A stretch of 64,000 bases of DNA from an uncultured Sphingomonadaceae bacterium (GTDB lineage Bacteria > Pseudomonadota > Alphaproteobacteria > Sphingomonadales > Sphingomonadaceae), in NCBI GenBank assembly GCA_964404985.1, contig CAYOMD010000012.1, positions 2,773 through 66,772 of the forward strand, in the 5' to 3' direction. Below, piece by piece: positions 14,957 to 24,400 of the stretch (position 1 is the stretch's first letter; each line of letters starts with the position of its first letter). Below the pieces are notes generated by a model. It searched no databases, was not told the origin of the DNA, and saw only the letters and a list, made by a program, of their open reading frames with translations. The position numbers and the translations under genes are program-made.

Positions 14957-17564
14957 AGAAGCGGCCCTTCACTGTCAGACCGAAGGTGCGCGGCTCACCC
15001 AGGAACGAGTTGAAGGTCTGGTTGGAGACCGTCACAAACGGGTTGCCGAGTGTGTTGCCACCCGGGGCCTGGAACGGCGCATCGAATGCGACCTGCTTGT
15101 AGTTCTTGTTGAACAGGTTCTGGGCAAAGAATTCAATTCCCCAACGACCGTCCGGATCGGCGAAGCCGGCCCGCATATTGACGATCACGAAGCCGAGTTG
15201 CTCCTTCTCGGGGTCGAGGTCGGAACCGGTGTTGTACTTGGACGAATAGCGCAGGCTGAAGTTCAGCAGGCCGTCCAGCCCTTCGGAGATTTCCGGCCGC
15301 CAGGTCGCGCTGCTGGTGATGGTCAGCAGCGGTGCATTGGTCAGGCGTGCGCCCGGCAACTGGAACAGGATGTTGCCAGCCGGCGCGGTCGCCGAAGTGG
15401 GTTGCGCGAACAGCGGGCCTTCCAGATCGTCGTCGTAGCGTGCGTCGGCGAGGGTGATGCCGCCGTTGACGCTCAAGCTGCGTGCCGGCTTGAAGCTGCC
15501 TTCGATTTCGAAGCCGCGGGTAACCGCACCGGCAATCGGCGTGACGATGAAGGCCAGTCCGTTGAAGGTGTTCAACTGGAAGTTGCTGAAGTCCGAATAG
15601 AACAGCGCAACGTTCAGGGTCGCGCCGTTATCGGCATTGCGGTATTTCAGGCCGACTTCGTAGCTGTTGACCGTCTCGGCCGGGAACTGGAGCTGATCCG
15701 GGTTGATAGCGACGCCGACACCCGGGAAGGACAGGCCAGCACGGTCCAGGTTGAACCCGCCCGCCTTGTAGCCGCGCGCATAGCTGGCGTAGGTGTTGAT
15801 TTCATCATTGACCTGGGCACTGAGCACCGCCGTGCCGGTCACTTCGCTTTCCTGGCGCTCGCTGTTGTAAACACCGTTCAGCCGCGGGTCATAGACCGCC
15901 GAGCACGTCAGCGGCACGAGGGATGCTGCGCCCCCGATGATTGCCGCTGCCGTACCGAGGCCGACAGGATTATTGCCGCCGACTGCCGGTGCCAGTTGTG
16001 CAGCGGTCAGGCGGGAGATGCCGAACACAGCCGAGCAGCCCTGGTTCTGGCCGGTCAGGTTCGCATCTATTTCCTTGTTCTCATTGGTATAACGTACACC
16101 GGCTGTGAAGGTGAGCTGCTCGGTGAGCTTGATCTCGTTGTGGGTGAAGAACGCGAAGTTGCGCGACCGGTGGCGGAAGGTCGAGAAAGTATCGTTGCTG
16201 CTGAACAGGTCCAGCGGATTCGAGGATGCTGGAATGATGCCGAGACCGCGTGCGAGTGAACCAATGGTGTTGAGCGGGTTCTGGAAGGTTGCTGGCAGGG
16301 TCGGATTGAGGACCGCGTTCAGGTAGCGCTGGAAGTCGGCGCCGGTGCGGTTTTCGTCCTCGACGTTCAGGATTTCATTGGCGAAGATCCCGCCGACCAG
16401 CCAGTCTAGCCGGCCGCCGAATGCCTCGCCTTGCGCGCGCAGTTCCTGCTGGAAGGTGCGGAAACGCTGCGCGTTCAGATCGTCCGAGCGGTAGAGCAGG
16501 TCGAGCGTGGTATAGTCGATATCCTGACCGCGGTTATAGTCCCAGAAGCGGTAAGAGGTGACGGAGGTGATGGTGGCTCCGCCGAGCTTCAGAGTCGCCT
16601 CGTTGGAGACACCCCACTCGTTCACGTCCTGCTGGTAGGAACGGGCCGGAGTCGTGCCGCTGATGCGGTCATAGGGGTTGACCGCCGAAAGCCCGCCAGC
16701 TCCCGAGCCCAGCCGACCGCCAAGTGCTTCGATAATGCTTGCGGTCGGGCCACGGGTGGTGGTGGCGGCGGCGCAGCATTCTTCCCGGCGCTGGGAATAA
16801 TCACCAATTACGCGGAAGGTCAGGTTCGAGGTGGGCTCGAACAGCAACTGCCCGCGCACCAGCCAGCGGTCGCGATCATTGAAATCGCGGTCTGAGAGCG
16901 TGTCCGTGAAGAAGCCGTCGCGGCGGGTCCAGGTGGCGTCAATACGCGCGGCCAGGACATCCTGGATGATCGCACCGGTCACGCCAGCGGCGACACGGGC
17001 ATAATCATAGTTGCCGTAGCTGCCCTCGCCATAGGCTTCCGTGTCGTAGCTCGGGCCTTTGGTGACGACGTTGATGAGACCGGCAGAGGCGTTGCGCCCG
17101 AATAGTGTTCCCTGAGGGCCGCGCGCGACTTCGATGCGCTCGACCTCGCCGAGGTCGGTGAAGCCGACACTGTTCCGGTTGCGGTACACGCCGTCAATGA
17201 TCACGGCGACCGAGGACTCAAGGCCGGGGTTGTCACCGGTGGTGCCGATACCGCGAATCCGCGCCGTCGTGCCGGCCGCCTCAGCAGAGGTCGAGGTGAG
17301 CACAAGGCTGGGCGAGAGGCGCTGCAGTTCGCGCACGTCGGTGATGCCGGCGGTTTTCAGTTCAAGCGAGCCGATAGCGCTGATGGCAATCGGCACTTCC
17401 TGCAGGCTGCGCGAGCGCTTGGTGGCGGTGACGATAATCGTCTCAAGCTCGAGCGCTGTCTCTTCCGGTGCAGCCTCGGCCGGTGCCGCCTGATCCTGCG
17501 CGTAGGCCGGCATGCCAGACAGCAAGGACAGCAGGGCTACGCCTGACAAAAGCGAACGATTCAT
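14955..17564 (-). CDS. TonB-dependent outer-membrane receptor
   Basis: Signal peptide MNRSLLSGVALLSLLSGMPAYA, plug region ETIIVTATKRSRSLQEVPIAISAI, C-terminal ...TVKGRF. GGGGAGG upstream of ATG 17564. Confidence 0.9.
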   Translation of the reverse strand: MNRSLLSGVALLSLLSGMPAYAQDQAAPAEAAPEETALELETIIVTATKRSRSLQEVPIAISAIGSLELKTAGITDVRELQRLSPSLVLTSTSAEAAGTTARIRGIGTTGDNPGLESSVAVIIDGVYRNRNSVGFTDLGEVERIEVARGPQGTLFGRNASAGLINVVTKGPSYDTEAYGEGSYGNYDYARVAAGVTGAIIQDVLAARIDATWTRRDGFFTDTLSDRDFNDRDRWLVRGQLLFEPTSNLTFRVIGDYSQRREECCAAATTTRGPTASIIEALGGRLGSGAGGLSAVNPYDRISGTTPARSYQQDVNEWGVSNEATLKLGGATITSVTSYRFWDYNRGQDIDYTTLDLLYRSDDLNAQRFRTFQQELRAQGEAFGGRLDWLVGGIFANEILNVEDENRTGADFQRYLNAVLNPTLPATFQNPLNTIGSLARGLGIIPASSNPLDLFSSNDTFSTFRHRSRNFAFFTHNEIKLTEQLTFTAGVRYTNENKEIDANLTGQNQGCSAVFGISRLTAAQLAPAVGGNNPVGLGTAAAIIGGAASLVPLTCSAVYDPRLNGVYNSERQESEVTGTAVLSAQVNDEINTYASYARGYKAGGFNLDRAGLSFPGVGVAINPDQLQFPAETVNSYEVGLKYRNADNGATLNVALFYSDFSNFQLNTFNGLAFIVTPIAGAVTRGFEIEGSFKPARSLSVNGGITLADARYDDDLEGPLFAQPTSATAPAGNILFQLPGARLTNAPLLTITSSATWRPEISEGLDGLLNFSLRYSSKYNTGSDLDPEKEQLGFVIVNMRAGFADPDGRWGIEFFAQNLFNKNYKQVAFDAPFQAPGGNTLGNPFVTVSNQTFNSFLGEPRTFGLTVKGRF

Positions 17565-17861
17565 CGAAAACCTCCCCGATACTATGATACATTTTACCCA
17601 CCGCCGGTTTGCGGGAGCTATTTGTTCGGAACATGAATGTAGAACCCGCCTCATGGCAAGAGGCGGCGGCCAAGAACTGCGCCGGAACTCTGTTCCACAC
17701 GGAGAATGGTGATGGGTGATGTCAAAAAGCCACAGAATTCAAGGCTGAAGCCATGCCGCTGGACTTGGTATAGTCGTGCATGGCGACTACACGTGGCACC
17801 TCAGGTGCTGAAATAACACGTTCGTTGCGCAACGGCGCAATGAGATGACGCAATAAGATGT

Positions 17862-17887
17862 GGCGATGCGCTATGTAGCGCATCGCC
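17862..17887 (-). terminator. hairpin terminator downstream of the fadB-like gene
   Basis: ggcgatgcgc-tatgta-gcgcatcgcc, a 10-bp stem. The trailing sequence on the minus strand is only moderately T-rich. Confidence 0.5.
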
Positions 17888-17896
17888 AGTAAGGGT

Positions 17897-20086
17897 TCAG
17901 GCGGCTTTGCGTTCCGAATCAACGCCATAGAAGCTTGCGCCGCGCGCGGCCATGTCGCGCAGCAGCTGTGGCGGGTCAAAACGCGGGCCGTGCTTGGCGG
18001 CCAGGCCGTCCAGGATTTCGACAACTTTGGCGAGGCCCAGGCTGTCCATGTAGCTGAACGGCCCGCCGGTGAATGGCAGGAAGCCCCAGCCGAAGATCGC
18101 GCCGAGATCGCCGTCTTCCGGTGTTTCCAGGACGCCTTCGGCAAAGCAGCGGGCGCATTCAACAATCTGGCGGAAAATCAGCCGGGTTTTCACCTCTTCG
18201 GCGCTGGGTTGTGCATCTGCGACCGGGAACACGTCCGGCAGGTCCGGCCAGAGGTATTTTTTGCTGCCGTCGTCCGGATAGACGAAGAAGCCCTTGCCGT
18301 TCTTGCGACCGAAGCGACCAAGCTCCATCATCTTGTCGATGACGTCATCCGCTTTGGTGTAAATATAGGCGTCGCCCATATCCTTTTTCGACTGCTCCTT
18401 GATCTTGTAGGAAAGGTCAATCGCCACCTCGTCGCCCACAGCCAGCGGGCCGACCGGCATGCCGGTGAAGCGGCCGCAGTTGTCGACCAGTGCGGCGCCG
18501 GCGCCCTCTGCAATCAAGTGATACCCCTCCATCACGTAGGTGCCGAAGCAGCGCGAGGTATAGAAACCACGGCTGTCGTTGACGACGATCGGGGTCTTGC
18601 GGATCTGCGCCACATAGTCGATCGCCTTGGCAATCGCGGTCGTGCCGGTGTTCTTGCCGACGATGATCTCGACCAGCGGCATCTTCTCGACCGGAGAGAA
18701 GAAGTGGATGCCGATGAAATTCTCCTGCTTCGACCAGGCCTCCGCCAGCCCGGTAATCGGCAGGGTCGAGGTGTTGGAGCCGAAGATCACGTCCGCCCCG
18801 AGCACAGCCTCGGCGCGCTTGGTGATGTCGGCCTTGATCCCGCGCTCCTCGAACACCGCCTCGATCACCAGGTCGGCCCCGGCGACATCCTCCATGCGGT
18901 CGGTCGGGTGGATGCGCGCCAGAATGGCGTCTGCCTTGTCCTGGGTCATCTTGCCACGCTTCACGTCCTTGGCGAGGCGGTCGGCAGTGTAGGCCTTGCC
19001 CTTGTCTGCGCTGGCCTGATCGCGGTCGAGCAGGACGACGTCGACACCCGCCTGCGCGGTGACCATGGCGATGCCTGCCCCCATCAGTCCGGCGCCGAGC
19101 ATGGCGATCTTCTTGCATGGCATCGGCGCGATGTCCGCCGGGCGGCGAGCTCCCTTCTCGGCGGCCTGCTTGTTGACGAACAGGGTGCGGATCATGGACT
19201 TTGCCTGCGCCCCCATGATCAGCCTGGTGAAGTACTTCACCTCGAGCGCGAGCGCCCGATCAATCGGCAGTTGCACGCCCTCGTAGATCGCAGCCAAAAT
19301 TGCGCGCGGTGCCTCGTAATTCATGAACGTACGGCCGCTGACCATGGCCGAGCCGCCGATGAAGGTCTCGGCGTATTTCGGGTTCATGTGGCCGGCACCG
19401 CCGGGCACCTTGAAATCTTTGGCGTCCCACGGGGCGGACCCCTTGGTCGGGTTTGCCAGGACCCAGGCCTTGGCTTTGGCGACAATCTCGCCTGCCGGCG
19501 CAACCTCGTGCACGACGCCCATGCCCTTGGCCTCGAGCGCGTTCATGTTCTTGCCTTCCAGGATGTACAGCAGCGCCGGCTGCACGCCAATGATGCGCGG
19601 CAGGCGCTGGGTCCCGCCAGCACCTGGCAGCAGCCCGACCTTGACTTCCGGCAGGCCGAACTGGGTCTTCGGGTTGTCGGAGGCCACCCGGTAATGGCAG
19701 GCCATGACCAGCTCGAAGCCACCGCCGACGGCCAGACCGTCAACCGCTGCTGCCACCGGCTTGCCGCAGGTTTCCAGCTTGCGATAAAGGTTGGACATGA
19801 CCGCGACGTTCGCTGCGAGTTGCTTCGGCGTCGCCTTGGCCATTTCGTCGCTGAAAAAGTGTGCAGAGACCTCGACCAGGTCCGCGCCGGCAAAGAAATT
19901 GCCCGGCTTGCCGCTGGTGATGACGATGCCTTTGACGGCGGCGTCGGCCACCGCCTGGTCGATCACGGTGTTCAGTTCATCCTGGGTCTTGTTGGTCAGG
20001 GTGTTCATCGATTTGCCGGGGACGTCGAACGTCACCAGCGCAATACCGTCGGTGTCGACTTCGTAGCGCAGCGTCTCAAAGCTCAT
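17897..20086 (-). CDS. fadB: bifunctional enoyl-CoA hydratase / 3-hydroxyacyl-CoA dehydrogenase
   Basis: N-terminal crotonase fold (FFAGADL) followed by a Rossmann motif, IAMLGAGLMGAGIA. 729 aa. Confidence 0.9.
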   Translation of the reverse strand: MSFETLRYEVDTDGIALVTFDVPGKSMNTLTNKTQDELNTVIDQAVADAAVKGIVITSGKPGNFFAGADLVEVSAHFFSDEMAKATPKQLAANVAVMSNLYRKLETCGKPVAAAVDGLAVGGGFELVMACHYRVASDNPKTQFGLPEVKVGLLPGAGGTQRLPRIIGVQPALLYILEGKNMNALEAKGMGVVHEVAPAGEIVAKAKAWVLANPTKGSAPWDAKDFKVPGGAGHMNPKYAETFIGGSAMVSGRTFMNYEAPRAILAAIYEGVQLPIDRALALEVKYFTRLIMGAQAKSMIRTLFVNKQAAEKGARRPADIAPMPCKKIAMLGAGLMGAGIAMVTAQAGVDVVLLDRDQASADKGKAYTADRLAKDVKRGKMTQDKADAILARIHPTDRMEDVAGADLVIEAVFEERGIKADITKRAEAVLGADVIFGSNTSTLPITGLAEAWSKQENFIGIHFFSPVEKMPLVEIIVGKNTGTTAIAKAIDYVAQIRKTPIVVNDSRGFYTSRCFGTYVMEGYHLIAEGAGAALVDNCGRFTGMPVGPLAVGDEVAIDLSYKIKEQSKKDMGDAYIYTKADDVIDKMMELGRFGRKNGKGFFVYPDDGSKKYLWPDLPDVFPVADAQPSAEEVKTRLIFRQIVECARCFAEGVLETPEDGDLGAIFGWGFLPFTGGPFSYMDSLGLAKVVEILDGLAAKHGPRFDPPQLLRDMAARGASFYGVDSERKAA

Positions 20087-20159
20087 GGCAGGCCCTCCCG
20101 GGTGGCATATGGTGTTTTAGGGAAAAACCGGCGGGCGGGCCGCCGGTGTCACAGTTTGG

Positions 20160-21371
20160 CTAGATACGCTCGATCACCGTTGCGGTGCCCATGCCGCTGG
20201 CCACGCACAGCGTGATGAGCGCGGTGCCCTTACCGGTGCGTTCCAGTTCGTCGAGCACGGTGCCAAGGATCATGCCGCCGGTTGCACCCAGCGGGTGGCC
20301 CATGGCGATCGCGCCGCCGTTCACGTTGATCTTGTCGTGCGGAATATTCAGCGCCTGCATGTAGCGTAGCACCACACTGGCGAATGCCTCGTTCAGTTCA
20401 TAGAGATCGATGTCCTGAACGCTCATGCCGAGCTTTTTCAACAGCTTCTCGGTGACCGGCGTGGGGCCGGTCAGCATGATCGTCGGGTCAGAGCCAATGG
20501 AGGCCATGCCCTTGATGCGTGCACGTGGCTTCAGGCCGTACTTCTCGCCCATCTCCTTGCTGCCGACCAGCACGGCGCTGGCACCGTCCACGATACCCGA
20601 TGAGTTGGCGGCGGTGTGGACGTGGCGGATGCGCTCGACTTCCGGATAGCGCTGCATGGCGACCGTGTCGAAGCCCGGCATGTTTTCACCAATGGCCTCG
20701 AACGCCGGCTTGAGCGACCCCAGGGACTGCATGGTCGAGTCCGGGCGCATGTGCTCGTCATGGGCAAGCGCAATCTCGCCCAGCACGTCCTTGATCGGGA
20801 TGATCGATTTGGCAAAGCGGTTCTCGGACCATGCGAGTGCTGCGCGGCGCTGGCTCTCGACCGAGTAGGCATCGACATCATCGCGGCTGAAACCGTATTT
20901 GGTGGCGATCAGGTCGGCGGAGATGCCTTGCGGCACAAAATAATTGTTCATGGCGACAGTCGGGTCGGTCGCGATTGCGCCACCGTCCGCCCCCATCGGC
21001 ACCCGGCTCATGGACTCGACACCACCGCCGATGGCGAAATTGGCCTCGCCGCTGATCACCTTGGCGGCGGCCATGTTCACGGCTTCCAGGCCAGAGGCGC
21101 AGAAGCGGTTGATCTGCACGCCAGGCGTCGTGATCGCATAGCCGGAGACCAGGGTTGCGGTCCGGGCGATGTCCGCGCCTTGCTCGCCGACTGGCATCAC
21201 GCAGCCGAGTACGACGTCATCAACGTCGGCGGTGTCGATGCTGTTGCGCGCGCGAACCGCTTCCAGAAGCTGGCTCGCCAGTTGCACAGGGGCGATCTCG
21301 TGCAGGGCGCCGTCCTTGCGACCCTTGCCGCGCGGGGTGCGCACGGCGTCATAAACAAAGGCTTCAGACAT
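20160..21371 (-). CDS. fadA: acetyl-CoA C-acyltransferase (thiolase)
   Basis: [17 protein letters not shown]..., active-site context NRFCASG, C-terminal [12 protein letters not shown]-like motif. GGAGG upstream of ATG 21371. Confidence 0.9.
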   Translation of the reverse strand: MSEAFVYDAVRTPRGKGRKDGALHEIAPVQLASQLLEAVRARNSIDTADVDDVVLGCVMPVGEQGADIARTATLVSGYAITTPGVQINRFCASGLEAVNMAAAKVISGEANFAIGGGVESMSRVPMGADGGAIATDPTVAMNNYFVPQGISADLIATKYGFSRDDVDAYSVESQRRAALAWSENRFAKSIIPIKDVLGEIALAHDEHMRPDSTMQSLGSLKPAFEAIGENMPGFDTVAMQRYPEVERIRHVHTAANSSGIVDGASAVLVGSKEMGEKYGLKPRARIKGMASIGSDPTIMLTGPTPVTEKLLKKLGMSVQDIDLYELNEAFASVVLRYMQALNIPHDKINVNGGAIAMGHPLGATGGMILGTVLDELERTGKGTALITLCVASGMGTATVIERI

Positions 21372-21473
21372 GAGGTCCTCCAAGGGGTTGGCCGCAGCGC
21401 AGAGTCCGCGCGGTCGTTATGGTTTGCGGGTCAAAAATGTGCCCCTGCTGACGACAACAGGGGCACCTGGCAA

Positions 21474-23267
21474 TCAGAAAGCGTCGGCAGGCATCGCCAT
21501 CATCAGCTCTGCGCCAGCTTCCACTTTGGCGCGCCAGCCGTGCGTGTCGGCCATGTGGCGGTTCATGTAGTAGCGACCAGTGAGCAGCTTGGTCTCGAAG
21601 AAGGCCTTGTCGTCGCTGCCCTGGTTGAGCTTGGTGTAGGCGCTGTGCGCCATCCAGGCCCACATGTGGCCGAGTGCCACCAGGCCGAGCAGGTTCATGT
21701 AGGCGTAGGCTGCAGCACCGGCGTTGTTCGGATTGGTGAAGGCGTTCTGCATCAACCACATGGTGGCCCCTTGCAGGTCTGCGAGGCCCTTTTCCAGCGG
21801 ACCAGTGAAGTCGTTCAGGCGTTCGTCGGACTTCGCGTCGGCGAGGAACGTCTGCAGGGTCTCGAAGTAGCCGCGGATCAGCTTGCCGCCGTCCTTGGGC
21901 AGCTTGCGGCCGACCAGATCCATGGCCTGCACGCCGTTGGTGCCTTCGTAGATCTGGGCGATCCGGGCGTCGCGCACGAACTGGGACATGCCCCATTCCT
22001 CGACGTAACCATGCCCGCCCAGGCACTGCTGCGCCCAGGTTGCGTTCTCGTAGCCCTTGTCGGTCAGCACGCCCTTGATCACCGGAGTCAGCAGGCTGAT
22101 CAGGTCGTCCGCCTTCTGGCGCTCCTCTTCGGTGGCGGCCCGATGCGCCAGGTCGACCTGCAACGCCGCCCAGAGGGTCAGGGCGCGCGCGCCTTCGTTG
22201 AAGCAGCGCATATCCATCAGCATGCGGCGCACGTCCGGGTGGACGATGATCGGGTCGGCGCGCGCTTCAGCCGGTGTCGAGCGATCGAGTGCTTTACCCT
22301 GGACGCGGTCCTTGGCGTAGGCGACGGCGTTCTGATAGGCGACTTCCGAGACGCCGAGCCCTTGCAGGCCAACCCCGAGACGGGCAGCGTTCATCATGAT
22401 GAACATGGCGTTGAGGCCTTTTTCCGCTTCACCGATCAGATAACCGGTCGCGCCATCGTAGTTCATCACACAGGTGGCATTGCCGTGCAGGCCCATCTTG
22501 TGCTCGATGGAGCCGCAGGAAAGCGCGTTGCGCGCACCGATCGATCCGTCCTCATTCACCAGGAACTTGGGAACGATGAACAGGGAGATGCCCTTCACGT
22601 TGTCCGGGGCACCCGTGCGCTTGGCCAGCACGAGGTGGATGATGTTCTCCGACAGGTCATGCTCACCTGCCGAGATGAAGATCTTGGTGCCGGTGATCTT
22701 GTAGGTGCCGTCATCCTGAGGCTCGGCGCGGGTGCGCAGCAGACCAAGGTCGGTGCCGCAGTGCGGCTCGGTGAGATTCATTGTGCCGGTCCAGCGGCCC
22801 GAGACCATGTTGGGGACGTATTTCTGCTTCTGCTCGTCCGAGCCGACCACCATGATCGATGCGACGGCCCCCTGGGTCAGGAACGGATAGAGCGAGAACG
22901 ACATGTTGGCGGAAATCGCAAACTCCTCGAACACCGAGGCCAACATGTGCGGCAGCCCCTGCCCGCCGTATTCCGGATCGGCCGACAAGGTACCCCAGCC
23001 GCCTTCGCAGAATTTGTCATAGGCATCCTTGAAGCCCGGCGGCGTGGTGACGGTTGCGTCGGCATTGCGCACGCAGCCTACAATGTCGCCAGTGCGGTTC
23101 AGCGGCTGCAGCACGCCCTCGACGAATTTGGCAGCCTCATCCAGAACACTGCGCACCAGATCCGGAGTCGCGTCGGCGAAGCCCGGCAGGTTGGCATATT
23201 TCTCGATATTGATCATGTCGAACAGGACGAAACTCGCGTCCTTCACGGGTGCGGCGTAAACCGGCAT
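21474..23267 (-). CDS. long (~600 aa) acyl-CoA dehydrogenase
   Basis: Acyl-CoA dehydrogenase N, middle and C domains with an extended C-terminus. Lies in the operon with fadA and fadB. Confidence 0.85.
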   Translation of the reverse strand: MPVYAAPVKDASFVLFDMINIEKYANLPGFADATPDLVRSVLDEAAKFVEGVLQPLNRTGDIVGCVRNADATVTTPPGFKDAYDKFCEGGWGTLSADPEYGGQGLPHMLASVFEEFAISANMSFSLYPFLTQGAVASIMVVGSDEQKQKYVPNMVSGRWTGTMNLTEPHCGTDLGLLRTRAEPQDDGTYKITGTKIFISAGEHDLSENIIHLVLAKRTGAPDNVKGISLFIVPKFLVNEDGSIGARNALSCGSIEHKMGLHGNATCVMNYDGATGYLIGEAEKGLNAMFIMMNAARLGVGLQGLGVSEVAYQNAVAYAKDRVQGKALDRSTPAEARADPIIVHPDVRRMLMDMRCFNEGARALTLWAALQVDLAHRAATEEERQKADDLISLLTPVIKGVLTDKGYENATWAQQCLGGHGYVEEWGMSQFVRDARIAQIYEGTNGVQAMDLVGRKLPKDGGKLIRGYFETLQTFLADAKSDERLNDFTGPLEKGLADLQGATMWLMQNAFTNPNNAGAAAYAYMNLLGLVALGHMWAWMAHSAYTKLNQGSDDKAFFETKLLTGRYYMNRHMADTHGWRAKVEAGAELMMAMPADAF

Positions 23268-23340
23268 AGTCCTCTCCCATCAACATGCGGCCGGATATAA
23301 GGGTCCCGGTCCGCCAGGTTCTTCGTTTCGATACTTACTA

Positions 23341-23757
23341 TCAGCCGACTGGCTGCTTTGCATGTGTTGTTCGGTTCATCATGACGCAAAAATGTTCAAG
23401 CTGCTCGATCAGGAAATCGATGTCCGCCCGTTGTTCCTTCAGCGATTCAAGCTTGGCATAGCAGTAATTGAGGGTCACCTCACGCTGGCGCTCGCGGCCA
23501 TCCCCGAGATCGTAGAGATCGAGCATCTCACGAATTTCAGAAAGGGAAAAGCCTGTTCGTTTGCCCCGCAGAATCCAGTTGAGCCGTGCATAATCCCGCT
23601 TGGAGTAGACGCGGTTCTGACCCTGGCGCTCCGGCGCGATCATGCCTTCGTCTTCATAATAGCGGATCGTACGCGTTGTGATCCCGAAATGCTCGGCCAG
23701 CTCGGTAATCGTAAAGCGGGCATCCGCGGGCACATGGCTCGCGTCAGGCTCGAACAT
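23341..23757 (-). CDS. MerR-family transcriptional regulator (LiuR-like)
   Basis: HTH FTITELAEHFGITTRTIRYYEDEGMI. Start chosen at ATG 23757 (GGAG 9 nt upstream). The track ORF extends to 23787. Confidence 0.8.
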   Translation of the reverse strand: MFEPDASHVPADARFTITELAEHFGITTRTIRYYEDEGMIAPERQGQNRVYSKRDYARLNWILRGKRTGFSLSEIREMLDLYDLGDGRERQREVTLNYCYAKLESLKEQRADIDFLIEQLEHFCVMMNRTTHAKQPVG

Positions 23758-23793
23758 TGACCGAATCTCCAGCTTCATGTCCACCATATTGAC

Positions 23794-23813
23794 TGACGTT
23801 TACGTAAACGTCA
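23794..23813. promoter_or_regulatory. perfect 20-bp palindrome TGACGTTTACGTAAACGTCA, probable MerR-type operator
   Basis: Self-complementary. Lies in the divergent intergenic region between the MerR gene and the thioesterase gene. Confidence 0.6.
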
Positions 23814-23854
23814 AGCTGGTCTATGATGCACAAGACAGTTCAGGAGAGCAAAGC

Positions 23855-24346
23855 ATGACCGCCTTTGAAAACGTGACGTTCGGCCCGATTGCCCCTGCCG
23901 ATATTGCAAGCTTGACAGGATTTGAGCTCATGCGTGCCATGATGGAAAGGCGCGTCCCGGCTCCAACGATGGCGCGCGCGCTGAATTTCTGGTTGGCAGA
24001 GGTCGGTGAAGGCACGGCCGTCTTCGAGGCAGAGCCGACCGCCGACGTGTTGAACCCACTGGGCACTGTTCATGGCGGGCTGTTGCTGACGATCATCGAC
24101 AGTGCCTGCGGATGTGCCTGCCACACCACGTTGCCTGCCGGTGTCGGCTATGCAAGCATCGAGACCAAGGTCAATTTCAGCCGCCCTCTGTTTCCCGACT
24201 CGGGGCGCATCCGTTGTGTCGGGCGGGTCGTGACCTCAGGGCGCACAATAGTCACCGCGGATGCTGTTGCAACGGACGTGCGCGGGCGCGTCGTCGGCCA
24301 CGGCACGTCCACGCTTCTGGTGTTCCAGCCGAAGGATGCAGCATGA
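23855..24346 (+). CDS. PaaI/hotdog-fold thioesterase
   Basis: NPLGTVHGGLLLTIIDSACG motif. AGGAGAG upstream of ATG 23855. Confidence 0.8.
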   Translation: MTAFENVTFGPIAPADIASLTGFELMRAMMERRVPAPTMARALNFWLAEVGEGTAVFEAEPTADVLNPLGTVHGGLLLTIIDSACGCACHTTLPAGVGYASIETKVNFSRPLFPDSGRIRCVGRVVTSGRTIVTADAVATDVRGRVVGHGTSTLLVFQPKDAA

Positions 24347-24351
24347 CTTCG

Positions 24352-24375
24352 CTTTACGTTTACGTTAACGTAAGA
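24352..24375. promoter_or_regulatory. second related operator (core 14-bp palindrome TTACGTTAACGTAA, 24360-24373)
   Basis: ctttacgtTTACGTTAACGTAAga shares the TTTACGT/ACGTAAA half-sites with the palindrome at 23794. It lies 26 bp upstream of GTG 24401. Confidence 0.5.
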
Positions 24376-24400
24376 TAGCGTCGCGCTTCGGAGACTGTCT

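Noticed and set aside
17565-17896. Cobalamin or TPP riboswitch upstream of the TonB-dependent receptor.
   Set aside because: I could not find the B12-box (GCCACTG-like) or conserved GGGAA/GTGAAA elements, nor the TPP CTGAGA/ACCTGATCTGGATAATGCCAGCG core.
17990-23300. Very long plus-strand ORFs (17990..20215, 741 aa; 20616..23300, 894 aa) opposite fadB, fadA and the acyl-CoA dehydrogenase. Similar cases are 59859..62003(-), 29015..30865(-), 11603..12898(+), 48698..50014(+) and 27905..28984(-).
   Set aside because: They lie antisense to genes with clear family motifs. Their translations are Arg/Ala/Gly/Pro-rich with no recognisable motifs. Stop-poor antisense frames are expected in high-GC DNA.
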